Below are positions 49,444 to 59,140 of a DNA stretch of 64,000 nt, piece by piece; position 1 is the first letter of the stretch; every line of letters starts with the position of its first letter. A program made the translations under genes and the position numbers. The DNA comes from an uncultured delta proteobacterium (lineage in GTDB: Bacteria > Bdellovibrionota > FAC87 > UBA2466): NCBI GenBank assembly GCA_963778115.1, contig CAVZSV010000004.1, positions 1,216,001-1,280,000 on the forward strand, read 5' to 3'. The notes beneath the pieces were generated by a model. It was not told where the DNA came from and did not search any database. It saw only the letters and a list, made by a program, of their open reading frames with translations.

Positions 49444-50196
49444 CTATTCCTTTTCAGCTTCATTCGCTTTGTCGAGATAGACCGAGGCGAGAAAGGTATA
49501 GACCTGTTTGCGGACTGCGTTTCCTGTCCCTTTATTTTCCAATTCAACAGAATGACGATCAGCGATCCGCTCTAGAATCTTCAACGTATCAGCCCCATGA
49601 ATTTCCTTATAATCCGCGATGAGAAGGTCAACTGCTTTTGGTCCCATGGCAACAAGCACCTGATGGGCGAACGCTTGACTCGCCGCTACAGCCTCTAACT
49701 GCGCTGCAGCGTCCTGTTTTTCTTCAGCCTGGGAAACCCCACCACCGACCATAGCTCCATATTCCTTTCCGTATAAGAATCGGTATCCAGATCCGTATCC
49801 GTAAAAGCCAATCCCATTGTATCTATATCCGCCGAACGCACAGCCATAGACCGACGATAAATTAAGGGAATTTACAAATTCATAACCTTTGGCGACACGC
49901 TTACTGGCAAATATTCCGATCCGGTTGACACGCGATAGCCAAAGAACAGCCTCTTTCAATTCATCGCCTTCGGATTTAGCCAATTCATTCATGGCTGCCA
50001 GCCGAATTTTCTCTTCTTTAGAAATCAGTTTCAAAAACAATCCATTCAACCGGGCACTCGGCTGAAATGTGTCTTCCGCTGGTTGTTCAGTTTTAGAGGT
50101 TGGTTCTGCGGTCTCAGGCTTCTCTGCAGCCACCACAAACGAAGAACCAAAAAATGCTACCACAGCCATAAGCGATAATAGAAATCGCATACACAA
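49444..50196 (-). CDS. Hypothetical exported helical protein with a Gly/Tyr-rich insert
   Basis: GGAGG RBS, signal peptide, and HEAT-like helices flanking YGCAFGGYRYNGIGFYGYGSGY. Confidence 0.7.
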   Translation of the reverse strand: MCMRFLLSLMAVVAFFGSSFVVAAEKPETAEPTSKTEQPAEDTFQPSARLNGLFLKLISKEEKIRLAAMNELAKSEGDELKEAVLWLSRVNRIGIFASKRVAKGYEFVNSLNLSSVYGCAFGGYRYNGIGFYGYGSGYRFLYGKEYGAMVGGGVSQAEEKQDAAAQLEAVAASQAFAHQVLVAMGPKAVDLLIADYKEIHGADTLKILERIADRHSVELENKGTGNAVRKQVYTFLASVYLDKANEAEKE

Positions 50197-50317
50197 CCTC
50201 CACGAGAAAATGATGCTGCTTTTAGCACGAAAGAAGGGAAGGAAACAAGATGCAAAAATTGTGACCTAATTGACTGGAATACTTACGGATACCGATGCGC
50301 CGAGATTGCGGAGCCTG

Positions 50318-50349
50318 TTGCGAGGAGCCCGAAGGGCGACGTGGCAACC
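50318..50349. repeat. Partial GCGAGGAGCCCGAAGGGCGACGTGGCAA palindromic element
   Basis: TTGCGAGGAGCCCGAAGGGCGACGTGGCAACC with an internal GCCC-GAA-GGGC hairpin. Same family as 40911. Confidence 0.65.
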
Positions 50350-50384
50350 TGTAGATCGTGGCAGGTAAAGCTTGAGTCTCTAAC

Positions 50385-51524
50385 TTACCTTCGCAGTCTC
50401 TGGGAAGCTTCCGCCAAAAGTGTCTCGGTCGTCTTCCAATCAATGCATCCATCGGTGACGGAAACTCCATAGCGGAGAGATTCTGGCGGGCCCACTTTTT
50501 GAGTGCCTTCATTAAGATGGCTCTCAAGCATCATTCCTAAAATCGCTTTCTCTCCTTTCGCCACCTGATCGACTAAGTCCTTGAACACTAGCGGTTGTCG
50601 TCGATAATCCTTTTCACTGTTGCCATGGCTGCAATCGACAACAATAGGCCGCGCAGGGGCGGTGTTAAGTAACGAGCTCTTGGCAAAAGCAATATGAGGT
50701 GCCGAGTAATTAGGTTTGCCCGGGCCGCCTCGCAAAACTAGATGCACGTCGGGATTTCCGCGCGTTCTTACAATTGCCGTTCTTCCCATCTGGTCGATCC
50801 CTAAAAAAGAATGGCTGTGTCGGGCCGAGACCATGGCATCCAACGCTACTTGAAGACTGCCGTCGGTAGAATTTTTAAATCCCACTGGCATGGAAAGTCC
50901 GCTAGCCATCTCGCGGTGGGTTTGGCTCTCGGTGGTTCTAGCTCCGATAGCGGCCCACGACACCAGATCGGCCGTGTATTGAGGAATAATAGGATCCAAG
51001 AATTCGGTGGCGGTCGTAAGCCCCATCTCGTTGATCTGGATAAAGAGTTCCCTGGCCTTTCGAAGGCCCAGATTGATATCCTCGGACCCATCCAACTTAG
51101 GATCGTTAATAAAACCCTTCCATCCCACCGTGGTCCTGGGCTTTTCGAAATAAACCCGCATCACCACCAGTAGCTCGCCTTTAACGCGCTCTTTCAATGC
51201 CGCTAGCCTCGAGGCGTACTCCAAAGCCGCTTTGGAATCATGGATGGAGCAGGGGCCCGTAATGACCACAAGTCTAAAATCCTTGCCAGCCAAGGCGTTT
51301 CGAAGTTCCTGCCGGCCCATAAGAACATTTTCGGCCGCCTTTTGGGTCGAGGGAATGTCCGCTTTAATGGCCTCGGGTGAATCAATAGGCTCTAGCTGGG
51401 TGACATTGACGTCACTAGTGCTATGACCAGAATTCGTAGGATTTCCAGCCACTTTCTGAGGTTTTTCGTCGTCTTTATTCACAGTGTCATCTTCATTTTT
51501 TGGCATAGTTTCTGGCCTTTTCAT
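50385..51524 (-). CDS. aroG: DAHP synthase type I-alpha (AroG/AroF/AroH class)
   Basis: GPCSIHD, MRVYFEKPRTTVGWKG, IGARTTESQTHRE, DCSHGNS and SVTDGC. The allosteric class cannot be determined by eye. Confidence 0.93.
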   Translation of the reverse strand: MKRPETMPKNEDDTVNKDDEKPQKVAGNPTNSGHSTSDVNVTQLEPIDSPEAIKADIPSTQKAAENVLMGRQELRNALAGKDFRLVVITGPCSIHDSKAALEYASRLAALKERVKGELLVVMRVYFEKPRTTVGWKGFINDPKLDGSEDINLGLRKARELFIQINEMGLTTATEFLDPIIPQYTADLVSWAAIGARTTESQTHREMASGLSMPVGFKNSTDGSLQVALDAMVSARHSHSFLGIDQMGRTAIVRTRGNPDVHLVLRGGPGKPNYSAPHIAFAKSSLLNTAPARPIVVDCSHGNSEKDYRRQPLVFKDLVDQVAKGEKAILGMMLESHLNEGTQKVGPPESLRYGVSVTDGCIDWKTTETLLAEASQRLRR

Positions 51525-51570
51525 GGCAAACTTGCTCCCAGACGGTCACCCATATACTAAAGTAAATACG

Positions 51571-52686
51571 ATGAAACGCGACACCCAATTACGCGACGCC
51601 TCCTTAGATACTTTGCGCGAGAAGATTCGAGAGATAGATGCCAGCCTCTTAGATCTTATCGGCAAACGCCAAGAATTAGCACGCAAAGTAGGACAAGAAA
51701 AATTGGCGGCTAATATCCCTATAAAAAACGAAAAGGTAGAAAAGGAGATTTTAGCCAAAGTCAGAAAGACCGCCGACGAACTTGGTATCTACGAAGATAT
51801 GGCTGAAGAGGTCTTTCGTACCCTCATCGACTATTCTTGCAAAACCCAAGAAGACTACCAGCACCAGGCCGGAAGAAAGAGTAGGCCCGCTTCCCAGAAG
51901 ATCCTTATCTTGGGGGGCCGGGGAAGAATGGGGCAGTGGTTCCACCGATTCCTAGCCGAGCAAGGCCATACCATCGAAATTCACGATGTCCAAAAGCCGG
52001 TGAAAGATTTGGTTCAAGCTTTAAAAAAAGCCCAAGTCGTTATCTTAGCAACACCCATTTCCGAAACGGCGAATCTTATTAAAGCAGTCGCGACAAGCCA
52101 AACCAAAGCCCTCGTCTTTGATGCGTGTTCCATTAAAGCGCCTATTTTAGAGGCTCTAGCCGAAGCCAAGAAGGCGGGAGTCCGGATCACCTCCATTCAC
52201 CCTCTTTTTGGTCCCCAAGTCAGCTCTCTGGCTGGACGTAATATTCTTTTTTGTCCCATCGCGAATGACCCCAAGGATAGCGAGTGGACGGAAGAGGCGG
52301 CACTCCTTTTTAGCCCGTCTGCCGCCGCATTTAAATTTCTTCCTATCGAAAAACATGACGACTACATGGGCTACATTTTAGGTCTTTCCCATCTTGCGAA
52401 CTTGGTCTTTTCTGGGGTCTTAGCTAATAGTGGTGCTCCTTTTTCAGAATTTGCCAATACGGGAAGCACCACTTTCAATGCCCAATGCAAGGTGGCTGAA
52501 ATGGTCTCAGCGGAAAACCAAGATCTGTATTATGAAATTCAAGTAGCGAATTCAGCCACGGGAAAACTCTTAAAGCAGTTTCAAGAAGTTTTAAACCTCT
52601 ACTCCGATAAGATCACTCGCCGTGATAAAGAAGGGTTCAAAGCATTAATGGAAAAGGGCAACCGATATTTCAGCGGTGGAGGATGA
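51571..52686 (+). CDS. tyrA: Bifunctional chorismate mutase / prephenate dehydrogenase
   Basis: LDTLREKIREID..R CM domain, GGRGRMG, DACSIK, HPLFGP and HDDYM..GLSH. Start at the ATG at 51571. Confidence 0.92.
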   Translation: MKRDTQLRDASLDTLREKIREIDASLLDLIGKRQELARKVGQEKLAANIPIKNEKVEKEILAKVRKTADELGIYEDMAEEVFRTLIDYSCKTQEDYQHQAGRKSRPASQKILILGGRGRMGQWFHRFLAEQGHTIEIHDVQKPVKDLVQALKKAQVVILATPISETANLIKAVATSQTKALVFDACSIKAPILEALAEAKKAGVRITSIHPLFGPQVSSLAGRNILFCPIANDPKDSEWTEEAALLFSPSAAAFKFLPIEKHDDYMGYILGLSHLANLVFSGVLANSGAPFSEFANTGSTTFNAQCKVAEMVSAENQDLYYEIQVANSATGKLLKQFQEVLNLYSDKITRRDKEGFKALMEKGNRYFSGGG

Positions 52687-53967
52687 TTGGATCGTAATAT
52701 TCAACCGGCAAAGACCTTTAAAGGAAGCGTTACCCTTCCCGGCGATAAATCGCTCTCTCACCGAGGCCTCATTTTAGGGGCTCTGGCGGAAGGAAAGACT
52801 CACCTCACTGGCCTCTCTCACGGAGAAGATGTCCAATCGACCGCCCGATGTTTCGAAGCGCTTGGCGTTCCTATCGATCGCGATAAAGGTAGTGTCACCG
52901 TGAATGGGGTAGGCCTCTTTGGCTTTCAAAAGCCCTCGGGGCCGCTTGATTGCGGCAACTCAGGAAGTACCATGCGAATGCTCATGGGAATATTAGCGGG
53001 GCAATCTTTCCGGGCGACTTTAACGGGCGACGCTTCGTTAAGCCGACGCCCCATGGACCGAGTGTCCGACCCCCTTAAGAAAATGGGTGCTGAAATAGCC
53101 CTCACCGAGCAGCGCTTTGCTCCCCTAACCATCGAAGGAAAAGCCCTTCGTGGAATCGAATACTCACTTCCGGTCGCTAGTGCTCAAGTCAAAAGTGCGC
53201 TACTATTGGCTGGCCTTTTGGCCGAGAGGACTACGACGTTAACTGGCAAGATCCATAGCCGCGATCATACGGAACGGCTGCTCCCCTACTTTGGGGCGGT
53301 CCTGACTCGGAGTCCGGAAAAGATCCGCATCTCGGGAAAACAGAAATTGCACGGAGTCTCTTTCGATATCCCCGGAGATCCCTCGTCCGCGGCCTTTTGG
53401 TTGGCCGGGGCTTGTATCGTAAAGGGCGGACAGATCGCTATCGATCGTTTGCTTCTCAATCCAACTCGCACTGGCTTCCAAAGAGTCTTGACCCGCATGG
53501 GTGCCAAGCTGAGCGAAAAAGTCGTTAGCTTCGAGCCGGAACGCGTCGGCAATGTCGAAATCTCATACTCAGGCCTCAAAGGGGTTACAGTCACCGCCGA
53601 CGAAGTGGCTTCTCTTATCGACGAGGTACCGATGCTAGCGGTCCTAGCCACCTATGCCGAAGGCGTTACCGAAGTTCGAGGTGCCGAGGAGCTTAGAGTC
53701 AAAGAGAGCGATCGCATCGAAGCGGTGGCAACGAATCTGAGACGAATGGGAGCTGAGATAGAAACTTTCCCCGATGGCTTTCGCCTTAGGGGACCGCAAA
53801 AACTTAGAGGCTGCCCTATCGATTCTTTTCACGATCACCGTATTGCGATGGCTTTCGCCATAGGAGCTTTGGGAGCTTCGGGCGAGACCCAAATTCTAAA
53901 TTGCGAGTCGGTTGCTATTTCATACCCCGAGTTTTTCCAAACGCTTCAGAGGTTAACGAGTGGCTAA
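52687..53967 (+). CDS. aroA: EPSP synthase
   Basis: PGDKSLSHR, CGNSGSTMR, RRPM, SAQVKS, KESDRI and DHRIAM. Confidence 0.97.
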   Translation: MDRNIQPAKTFKGSVTLPGDKSLSHRGLILGALAEGKTHLTGLSHGEDVQSTARCFEALGVPIDRDKGSVTVNGVGLFGFQKPSGPLDCGNSGSTMRMLMGILAGQSFRATLTGDASLSRRPMDRVSDPLKKMGAEIALTEQRFAPLTIEGKALRGIEYSLPVASAQVKSALLLAGLLAERTTTLTGKIHSRDHTERLLPYFGAVLTRSPEKIRISGKQKLHGVSFDIPGDPSSAAFWLAGACIVKGGQIAIDRLLLNPTRTGFQRVLTRMGAKLSEKVVSFEPERVGNVEISYSGLKGVTVTADEVASLIDEVPMLAVLATYAEGVTEVRGAEELRVKESDRIEAVATNLRRMGAEIETFPDGFRLRGPQKLRGCPIDSFHDHRIAMAFAIGALGASGETQILNCESVAISYPEFFQTLQRLTSG

Positions 53968-54818
53968 GCTTGAAACGAAAACCGCATTAGCAGCCCTCAT
54001 CGGCCATCCCGTGAGCCACTCGCTCTCTCCTTTTTTATTTGCGAGCTTGGCTAAACGACTCAAAAAGCCAGTCGTTTATACCAGGCTGGATGTAACGCCG
54101 GCTCAAGTACTCTCTTTTTTTCATGACACCAAAGATCAAAGTATTTTCACGGGATGGAATATCACGATACCGCATAAAGAGACCTTATTTCGTAAGGTCA
54201 CTAAGATTTCGTCGGAAGCCAAAGCGGTGGGAGCCATTAACGTTATCCATTTCAAGAGGAACCATACCGTTGGCTACAACACCGACGTGATAGGTATCCT
54301 GGCCACCTTCCGCGAACAGCATCTTGATTTGAGAACGAAAAGTGTTTTGCTACTGGGAGCGGGAGGTGCTGCAAAAGCCGCGGCTTTTGCGCTAGGAAAG
54401 AGTAAAGCCAAAGTCGTATGGATAAACAACCGGACACCAAAACCCGCCAATGCAATTTGTCGTCATTTTTCTAAGCAGTTTCCTAAAACCCTTTTCAAAG
54501 TAGCAAAGGACGTTACCAAAATCCCAGATTCCATAGGTTGTGTTATCAACGCCACTCCGCTCGGTCTTAAAGGTTTTCGAGGAACCTTCTTATTTCCCCC
54601 GCATTTAACCCCCGACGCTTTGGCTTTTGATATGATTCTATCGCCCGTCCAACACCGTCTTTCTAAAAAAATCGCAAAAGCATGCCCTTAGACGGGTAAA
54701 TGGACTAGATATGTTCATTTGGCAGGCGATAGCGAGCTGGGAAATATGGTTTGGCCCTGTCCCTAACAAGACGGTAACAAAGCGTCAGCTAAAGAAAGAG
54801 CTATTGAAAGTGATTTGA
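53960..54818 (+). pseudogene. aroE: Shikimate dehydrogenase with a one-base insertion (pseudogene or sequencing error)
   Basis: HSLSP, NITIPHK, GAIN, NTD, GAGGAA and INATP in the first frame. The C-terminal YRP..TVFL..NGLDMFIWQA..WEIWFG is in the next frame and ends at TGA 54816-54818. Confidence 0.9.
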
Positions 54819-54825
54819 AGGAGGA

Positions 54826-55998
54826 GTGATGGCGTTGCGATATCTGACAGCAGGTGAATCCCACGGAAAGGGATTAGTGGGAATTATCGAAGGATTTCCT
54901 TCGGGTCTGGAAATTTCCAATAGCTATCTCCACGAGCAACTCAAACGCCGCAAAAAGGGTTATGGCCGAGGCAACCGGCAAAATATCGAAGACGACGCGG
55001 TGGAATTTATGTCGGGCGTTCGGCACGGATTCACTTTAGGAAGCCCTATTGCCCTTCTTATTTTGAACAAGGACTGGAAAAATTGGGATGATATCATGCA
55101 GGCGGAGGCCTTTTCGGGCGAAGTGAAACGAAAAGTTGAGATTCCTCGTCCCGGTCACGCTGATCTGGTGGGAGGCATTAAGTACCGCCACGCTGATATG
55201 CGAAATGTGCTCGAGCGGTCGAGCGCTAGAGAAACGACCATGCGGGTCGCCATCGCTTCGATAGCACGCAAATTTCTGCAAGACTGCGGCATACATATCG
55301 GGAGCAGAGTCGTTAGAATCGGGCCTATCCTCGACGAGGCCCTGATGAAATACCCGGTGGCCCAATTAAATGAGAAAGCCGATGCCTCTGCCGTTCGGTG
55401 TTTGGGAAAAACGGCGGAAGCCCAAATGGTAGCTGAGATCGATAGATGTAAGAAGGCCGGCGATACCTTAGGAGGCGTTTTCGAAGTTTTTGCTTCAGGC
55501 GCTCCGATAGGGCTGGGAAGTTATTCCCAGTGGGACAGGCGTCTTGAAGGAGACATCTCAAAACAGTTTATGAGTTTAAATGCGATTAAGGGAGTTGAGA
55601 TAGGAATGGGTTTTGCTACAGGTGCTACGCCAGGAACCCTGGCCCACGACGAATTTTTACCCGGAAAAAATGCTAAGGAGGTTAGTTATGTGACTAACCG
55701 CTCTGGCGGTATCGACGGCGGTATGACGACGGGGCAAACCATCCTAGTACGGGCCGCCATGAAGCCTCTGGCCACCCTCATGCAGCCCCTTAAATCGGTA
55801 AAGCTATCCACCAACGAACCGGCTTCGGCCCATGTTGAACGCTCAGACGTCTGTGCCGTCCCTGCCGCCGCCGTCATCGGAGAATCTCTATTGGCGCTTT
55901 CGCTAGCCGAAGCAGTGCTTGAGAAGTTCGGAGGCGACTCGATGAGCGAACTCCTCCCCCGGCTGAAGGAATGGAATGGCAACCGCGGAGCCAAATAA
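54826..55998 (+). CDS. aroC: Chorismate synthase
   Basis: LTAGESHG, PRPGHAD, ERSSARET, GGIDGGMT and ERSDVC. Confidence 0.97.
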   Translation: MMALRYLTAGESHGKGLVGIIEGFPSGLEISNSYLHEQLKRRKKGYGRGNRQNIEDDAVEFMSGVRHGFTLGSPIALLILNKDWKNWDDIMQAEAFSGEVKRKVEIPRPGHADLVGGIKYRHADMRNVLERSSARETTMRVAIASIARKFLQDCGIHIGSRVVRIGPILDEALMKYPVAQLNEKADASAVRCLGKTAEAQMVAEIDRCKKAGDTLGGVFEVFASGAPIGLGSYSQWDRRLEGDISKQFMSLNAIKGVEIGMGFATGATPGTLAHDEFLPGKNAKEVSYVTNRSGGIDGGMTTGQTILVRAAMKPLATLMQPLKSVKLSTNEPASAHVERSDVCAVPAAAVIGESLLALSLAEAVLEKFGGDSMSELLPRLKEWNGNRGAK

Positions 55999-56509
55999 CA
56001 TTTTCCTGTGCGGCTTTATGGGCGCCGGAAAATCTACCGTCGGTCCGATCGTCGCCAAACACTTAGCGTGGCCCTTCGTTGACACTGACACTTGGGTCGA
56101 AGAAGAGGCAGGGAAAAGTGTCCCTGAAATTTTTAAAGACGAAGGGGAAGATCACTTTCGCCAATGGGAGAGCAAGGCTATTAGCGAGATATGCCACCTA
56201 TCCCGAGTCGTCGTTGCTCTGGGCGGCGGAGCACTTATGGCAAAGCGAAATCAGCAGAGGGTTTTGAAGAGCGGGCTTCTTATTTATCTATCGGCTTCGG
56301 TCGAGACTTTGAGAAGCCGTCTTCAGGTCAACGAACGGCCCTTACTTAAAGGCCTAGAGGGAAAAGACCTAGAAAAGTATATGTCCGATCTCATCCAACT
56401 AAGACTACCGCAATATCAATTAGCGCCGCTCGTTATCGCTACCGACGGCAAAACTCCCAAAACCATTGGGTTGGAAATCATTAACGAGGTCTCGAAATGC
56501 AAACCGTAG
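55976..56509 (+). CDS. aroK: Shikimate kinase
   Basis: GFMGAGKST, DTD, GEDHFR, LGGG and RPLL. Confidence 0.96.
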   Translation: MATAEPNNIFLCGFMGAGKSTVGPIVAKHLAWPFVDTDTWVEEEAGKSVPEIFKDEGEDHFRQWESKAISEICHLSRVVVALGGGALMAKRNQQRVLKSGLLIYLSASVETLRSRLQVNERPLLKGLEGKDLEKYMSDLIQLRLPQYQLAPLVIATDGKTPKTIGLEIINEVSKCKP

Positions 56510-57597
56510 TGGTGACACCCAGTGGAAATCAAGATCGGTCGTATTCGGTAATGGTCGGACCGGGTCTTATCGATAGCTTGCCATGGGCGCCTCTAATAAA
56601 AGGAAAGCAAGCGTTTATTATCGCTGACAAGCGACTCGAGAAAATGGGCCGCCGACTTTCGACGTCTCTTGCGAAATCGGGATGGAACGTGGGAAGTGCC
56701 ACTATTCCCGTAAGCGAAAGTGCGAAAGACTATCGAAAGATCTTTAGCCTTTATACCAAGCTTATCGAAAACAGAATGGATCGCGATTCGGTCGTCTTCG
56801 CTTTGGGGGGAGGAGTTATTGGAGATCTCTGTGGATTTATCGCAGGTACCTATCTGCGCGGCATTCGCTGGGTAGGGGTCCCTACCACTTTGTTAGCTCA
56901 AGTCGATTCTTCGCTCGGCGGAAAAACGGGGGTCAACCATCCCCTTGGGAAAAACCTTATCGGCCTCTTTCATCAACCTTCCCTCGTGGTTTGCGATACG
57001 GGACTTTTACCAAGCTTGTCGGCTCGAGACCGCGTTTCGGGCTATGGCGAGATGATTAAGTGTAGCCTTACCTTCGACAAGACTTTCTATGACTTTCTGG
57101 TGCAGCACAAGCAGAGCATCTTGGATCTTGAGTCAAAGTATCTCGACATCGCTATCGTGGAGACCTTACGCCACAAAGCCGAAGTCGTCCGGCAAGACGA
57201 ATTCGAACGAGCGGGAATGCGTCAGATTCTAAATTTTGGCCACACTTTGGGTCACGCGCTAGAAACCGCAACCGGCTATCGGCGCTTTCGTCATGGCGAG
57301 GCGGTATTGTGGGGAATCCAGCTCGAGCTCGAACTTTCCGTGATTCGTGGCCATTTGTCCGCCGAATCCCGTGGACCCATTGCCGAATTCCTTAGCCAAC
57401 TTCCCCTTCCCGCACTTGCTAAAGAGTTGAAGGTGAGTCAGATCCTTTCCGGGCTCAAGCGGGATAAGAAAGTGAAGGACGGAAAGGTGAACTTCGTTCT
57501 TTTGGAATCTATTGGCAAAGCCGTAATCGATAATGCAGTGAGCGATTCCGATATTACTCAGGCCTGGAAAATCGTTTCTAAGAAAGGAAATCGCTAG
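56497..57597 (+). CDS. aroB: 3-dehydroquinate synthase
   Basis: GGGVIGD, PTTLLAQVDSS.GGKT, KNLIG.F, LNFGHTLGHALE and HGEAV. Confidence 0.97.
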   Translation: MQTVVVTPSGNQDRSYSVMVGPGLIDSLPWAPLIKGKQAFIIADKRLEKMGRRLSTSLAKSGWNVGSATIPVSESAKDYRKIFSLYTKLIENRMDRDSVVFALGGGVIGDLCGFIAGTYLRGIRWVGVPTTLLAQVDSSLGGKTGVNHPLGKNLIGLFHQPSLVVCDTGLLPSLSARDRVSGYGEMIKCSLTFDKTFYDFLVQHKQSILDLESKYLDIAIVETLRHKAEVVRQDEFERAGMRQILNFGHTLGHALETATGYRRFRHGEAVLWGIQLELELSVIRGHLSAESRGPIAEFLSQLPLPALAKELKVSQILSGLKRDKKVKDGKVNFVLLESIGKAVIDNAVSDSDITQAWKIVSKKGNR

Positions 57598-58028
57598 TGA
57601 AATGTCGTCTTCTCGTTATTCACGGTCCCAATCTCAATCTCTTAGGAACGCGAGAGGTGGCTATTTACGGAAAGCTTACCCTCGTAGAGATTAATAAAAA
57701 CCTAGCAAGATTTGCCAAGGCGAACCACATCCAACTTAAGACGTTCCAATCGAATCATGAAGGAGATATCGTTGATTGTATTCAAAACCATAGGAAATGG
57801 GCCCATGGAATCGTCATTAACCCGGCGGCTTACACCCACTATTCGTATGCCATTAGAGATGCGATCGCAGCCGTTGAAATCCCTACTGTAGAAGTTCACC
57901 TCTCTGACATCAAGAAACGAGAGCCGTTTCGTCGAAAGTCCGTCATCAAGGCCGTCTGTGTAAAGCAGATTAGTGGTCTAGGATGGAAATCGTATAGGGA
58001 AGGCATTCGGTTTTTGGCGAAGCGGTAA
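57597..58028 (+). CDS. aroQ: Type II 3-dehydroquinate dehydratase
   Basis: HGPNLNLLGTRE, QSNHEG, INPAAYTH, EVHLS and REPFR. Confidence 0.97.
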   Translation: MKCRLLVIHGPNLNLLGTREVAIYGKLTLVEINKNLARFAKANHIQLKTFQSNHEGDIVDCIQNHRKWAHGIVINPAAYTHYSYAIRDAIAAVEIPTVEVHLSDIKKREPFRRKSVIKAVCVKQISGLGWKSYREGIRFLAKR

Positions 58029-58039
58029 CTTTGACGACT

Positions 58040-58288
58040 CTACTTAAGTGATGCCAATTGATCTTCGGAATCTAATTTCGATAAAGAATCAAAACCGCCA
58101 ATGAGCTTGTCACCAAAGAAAATTTGCGGAACCGTTCGCATTCCTGATCGTTTTTGAAGCGCTTGAAAAGCGTCAGAGTCGGAGGTGGAAATCTTAATCT
58201 CTTCGTAAGGGATTGCTCTGTCCTTCAAAAGACTTTTCGCAGCAATACAGTAGGGACAAGCATCTTTGGTATAGATCGTCACTTTCAT
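58040..58288 (-). CDS. grxC: Glutaredoxin 3-like protein
   Basis: CPYC, TVPQIF and IGGFD. Confidence 0.93.
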   Translation of the reverse strand: MKVTIYTKDACPYCIAAKSLLKDRAIPYEEIKISTSDSDAFQALQKRSGMRTVPQIFFGDKLIGGFDSLSKLDSEDQLASLK

Positions 58289-58340
58289 CTTTCACCTCGC
58301 TAATCAGGGAACCCTCATACCATACCTACGGAAAAAATCG

Positions 58341-59078
58341 TCACCCTAAATGGCTTTCAAAAAAAGCTAATGTTAGTGCCCATGCTTGCTTGGCTGCTAC
58401 AGGATGGAAGCTCTTTTTCTCATGGCAGAGAAACCCATGGTCAGCCTCCGAAAACTCGACGTCTACAAAGGGTTTCCCGGCATGTCGAAGCGCATCGGCC
58501 ACAGCCCTTTGCTGGTCGGGGCCAATGTGTTTATCTTTTCCTCCCCATACCATCATGATGGGGCCCGCTTGCTTTTCGGCATAAGGCAAATAGTCCGGAG
58601 CAATTCTCCCGCCGTAGTAAGAGACAGCGGCTTTGAGAGGGAAGATTCCATTAGCTAAGAATGAGGCCCGCCCCCCCAGACAAAAGCCTATGATTCCGAT
58701 ACGACCGCTATCGACATCGCTTTGTTCATTAAGCCATTCGAAACAGGCTCCTATGTCTTTTGTTAACGTCTCGGTCGTCACGGCCTGTAAGTGCGGCATG
58801 ATAGCGGAAAAATCGTCGTAAGGACCTTCATAGCCCACGGGAGCCGTCCGATGAAAAAGTTCTGGGGCGAGGGCGACATAACCCTGAAATGCTAGCTTAT
58901 CGGCGATATCACGAATATGAGCTCTTACTCCGAAAGCTTCCTGCAAAACGATGACCCCGGGCACCTTACCGTTCGCCTTAGGACCGATGGGCCTTGCGAC
59001 ATAGGCGTTCATGGAAGTCCCGTCGGAGACTTTAATGTCTATTTTTCTGTTTAGTTTATTGTCAATAACGCCACTCAT
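58341..59078 (-). CDS. Dienelactone hydrolase family protein
   Basis: QEAFG, GFCLGG, SYYG and ADHGF. Confidence 0.93.
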   Translation of the reverse strand: MSGVIDNKLNRKIDIKVSDGTSMNAYVARPIGPKANGKVPGVIVLQEAFGVRAHIRDIADKLAFQGYVALAPELFHRTAPVGYEGPYDDFSAIMPHLQAVTTETLTKDIGACFEWLNEQSDVDSGRIGIIGFCLGGRASFLANGIFPLKAAVSYYGGRIAPDYLPYAEKQAGPIMMVWGGKDKHIGPDQQRAVADALRHAGKPFVDVEFSEADHGFLCHEKKSFHPVAAKQAWALTLAFFESHLG

Positions 59079-59140
59079 CAGCTACCTCCGGCGGAATATT
59101 CCGCTAAGCACATCGCAAGGAGCTAATTTAAGTCAACCAC

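Noticed and set aside
51484..51570. Extended N-terminus of tyrA overlapping aroG
   Set aside because: It would overlap the divergent gene head-on. The chorismate mutase domain starts after 51571.
54665..54671. A7 run as a programmed slippage site for aroE
   Set aside because: A shift here would lose the conserved Y..P..T.FL segment, so the lesion maps to 54636-54638.
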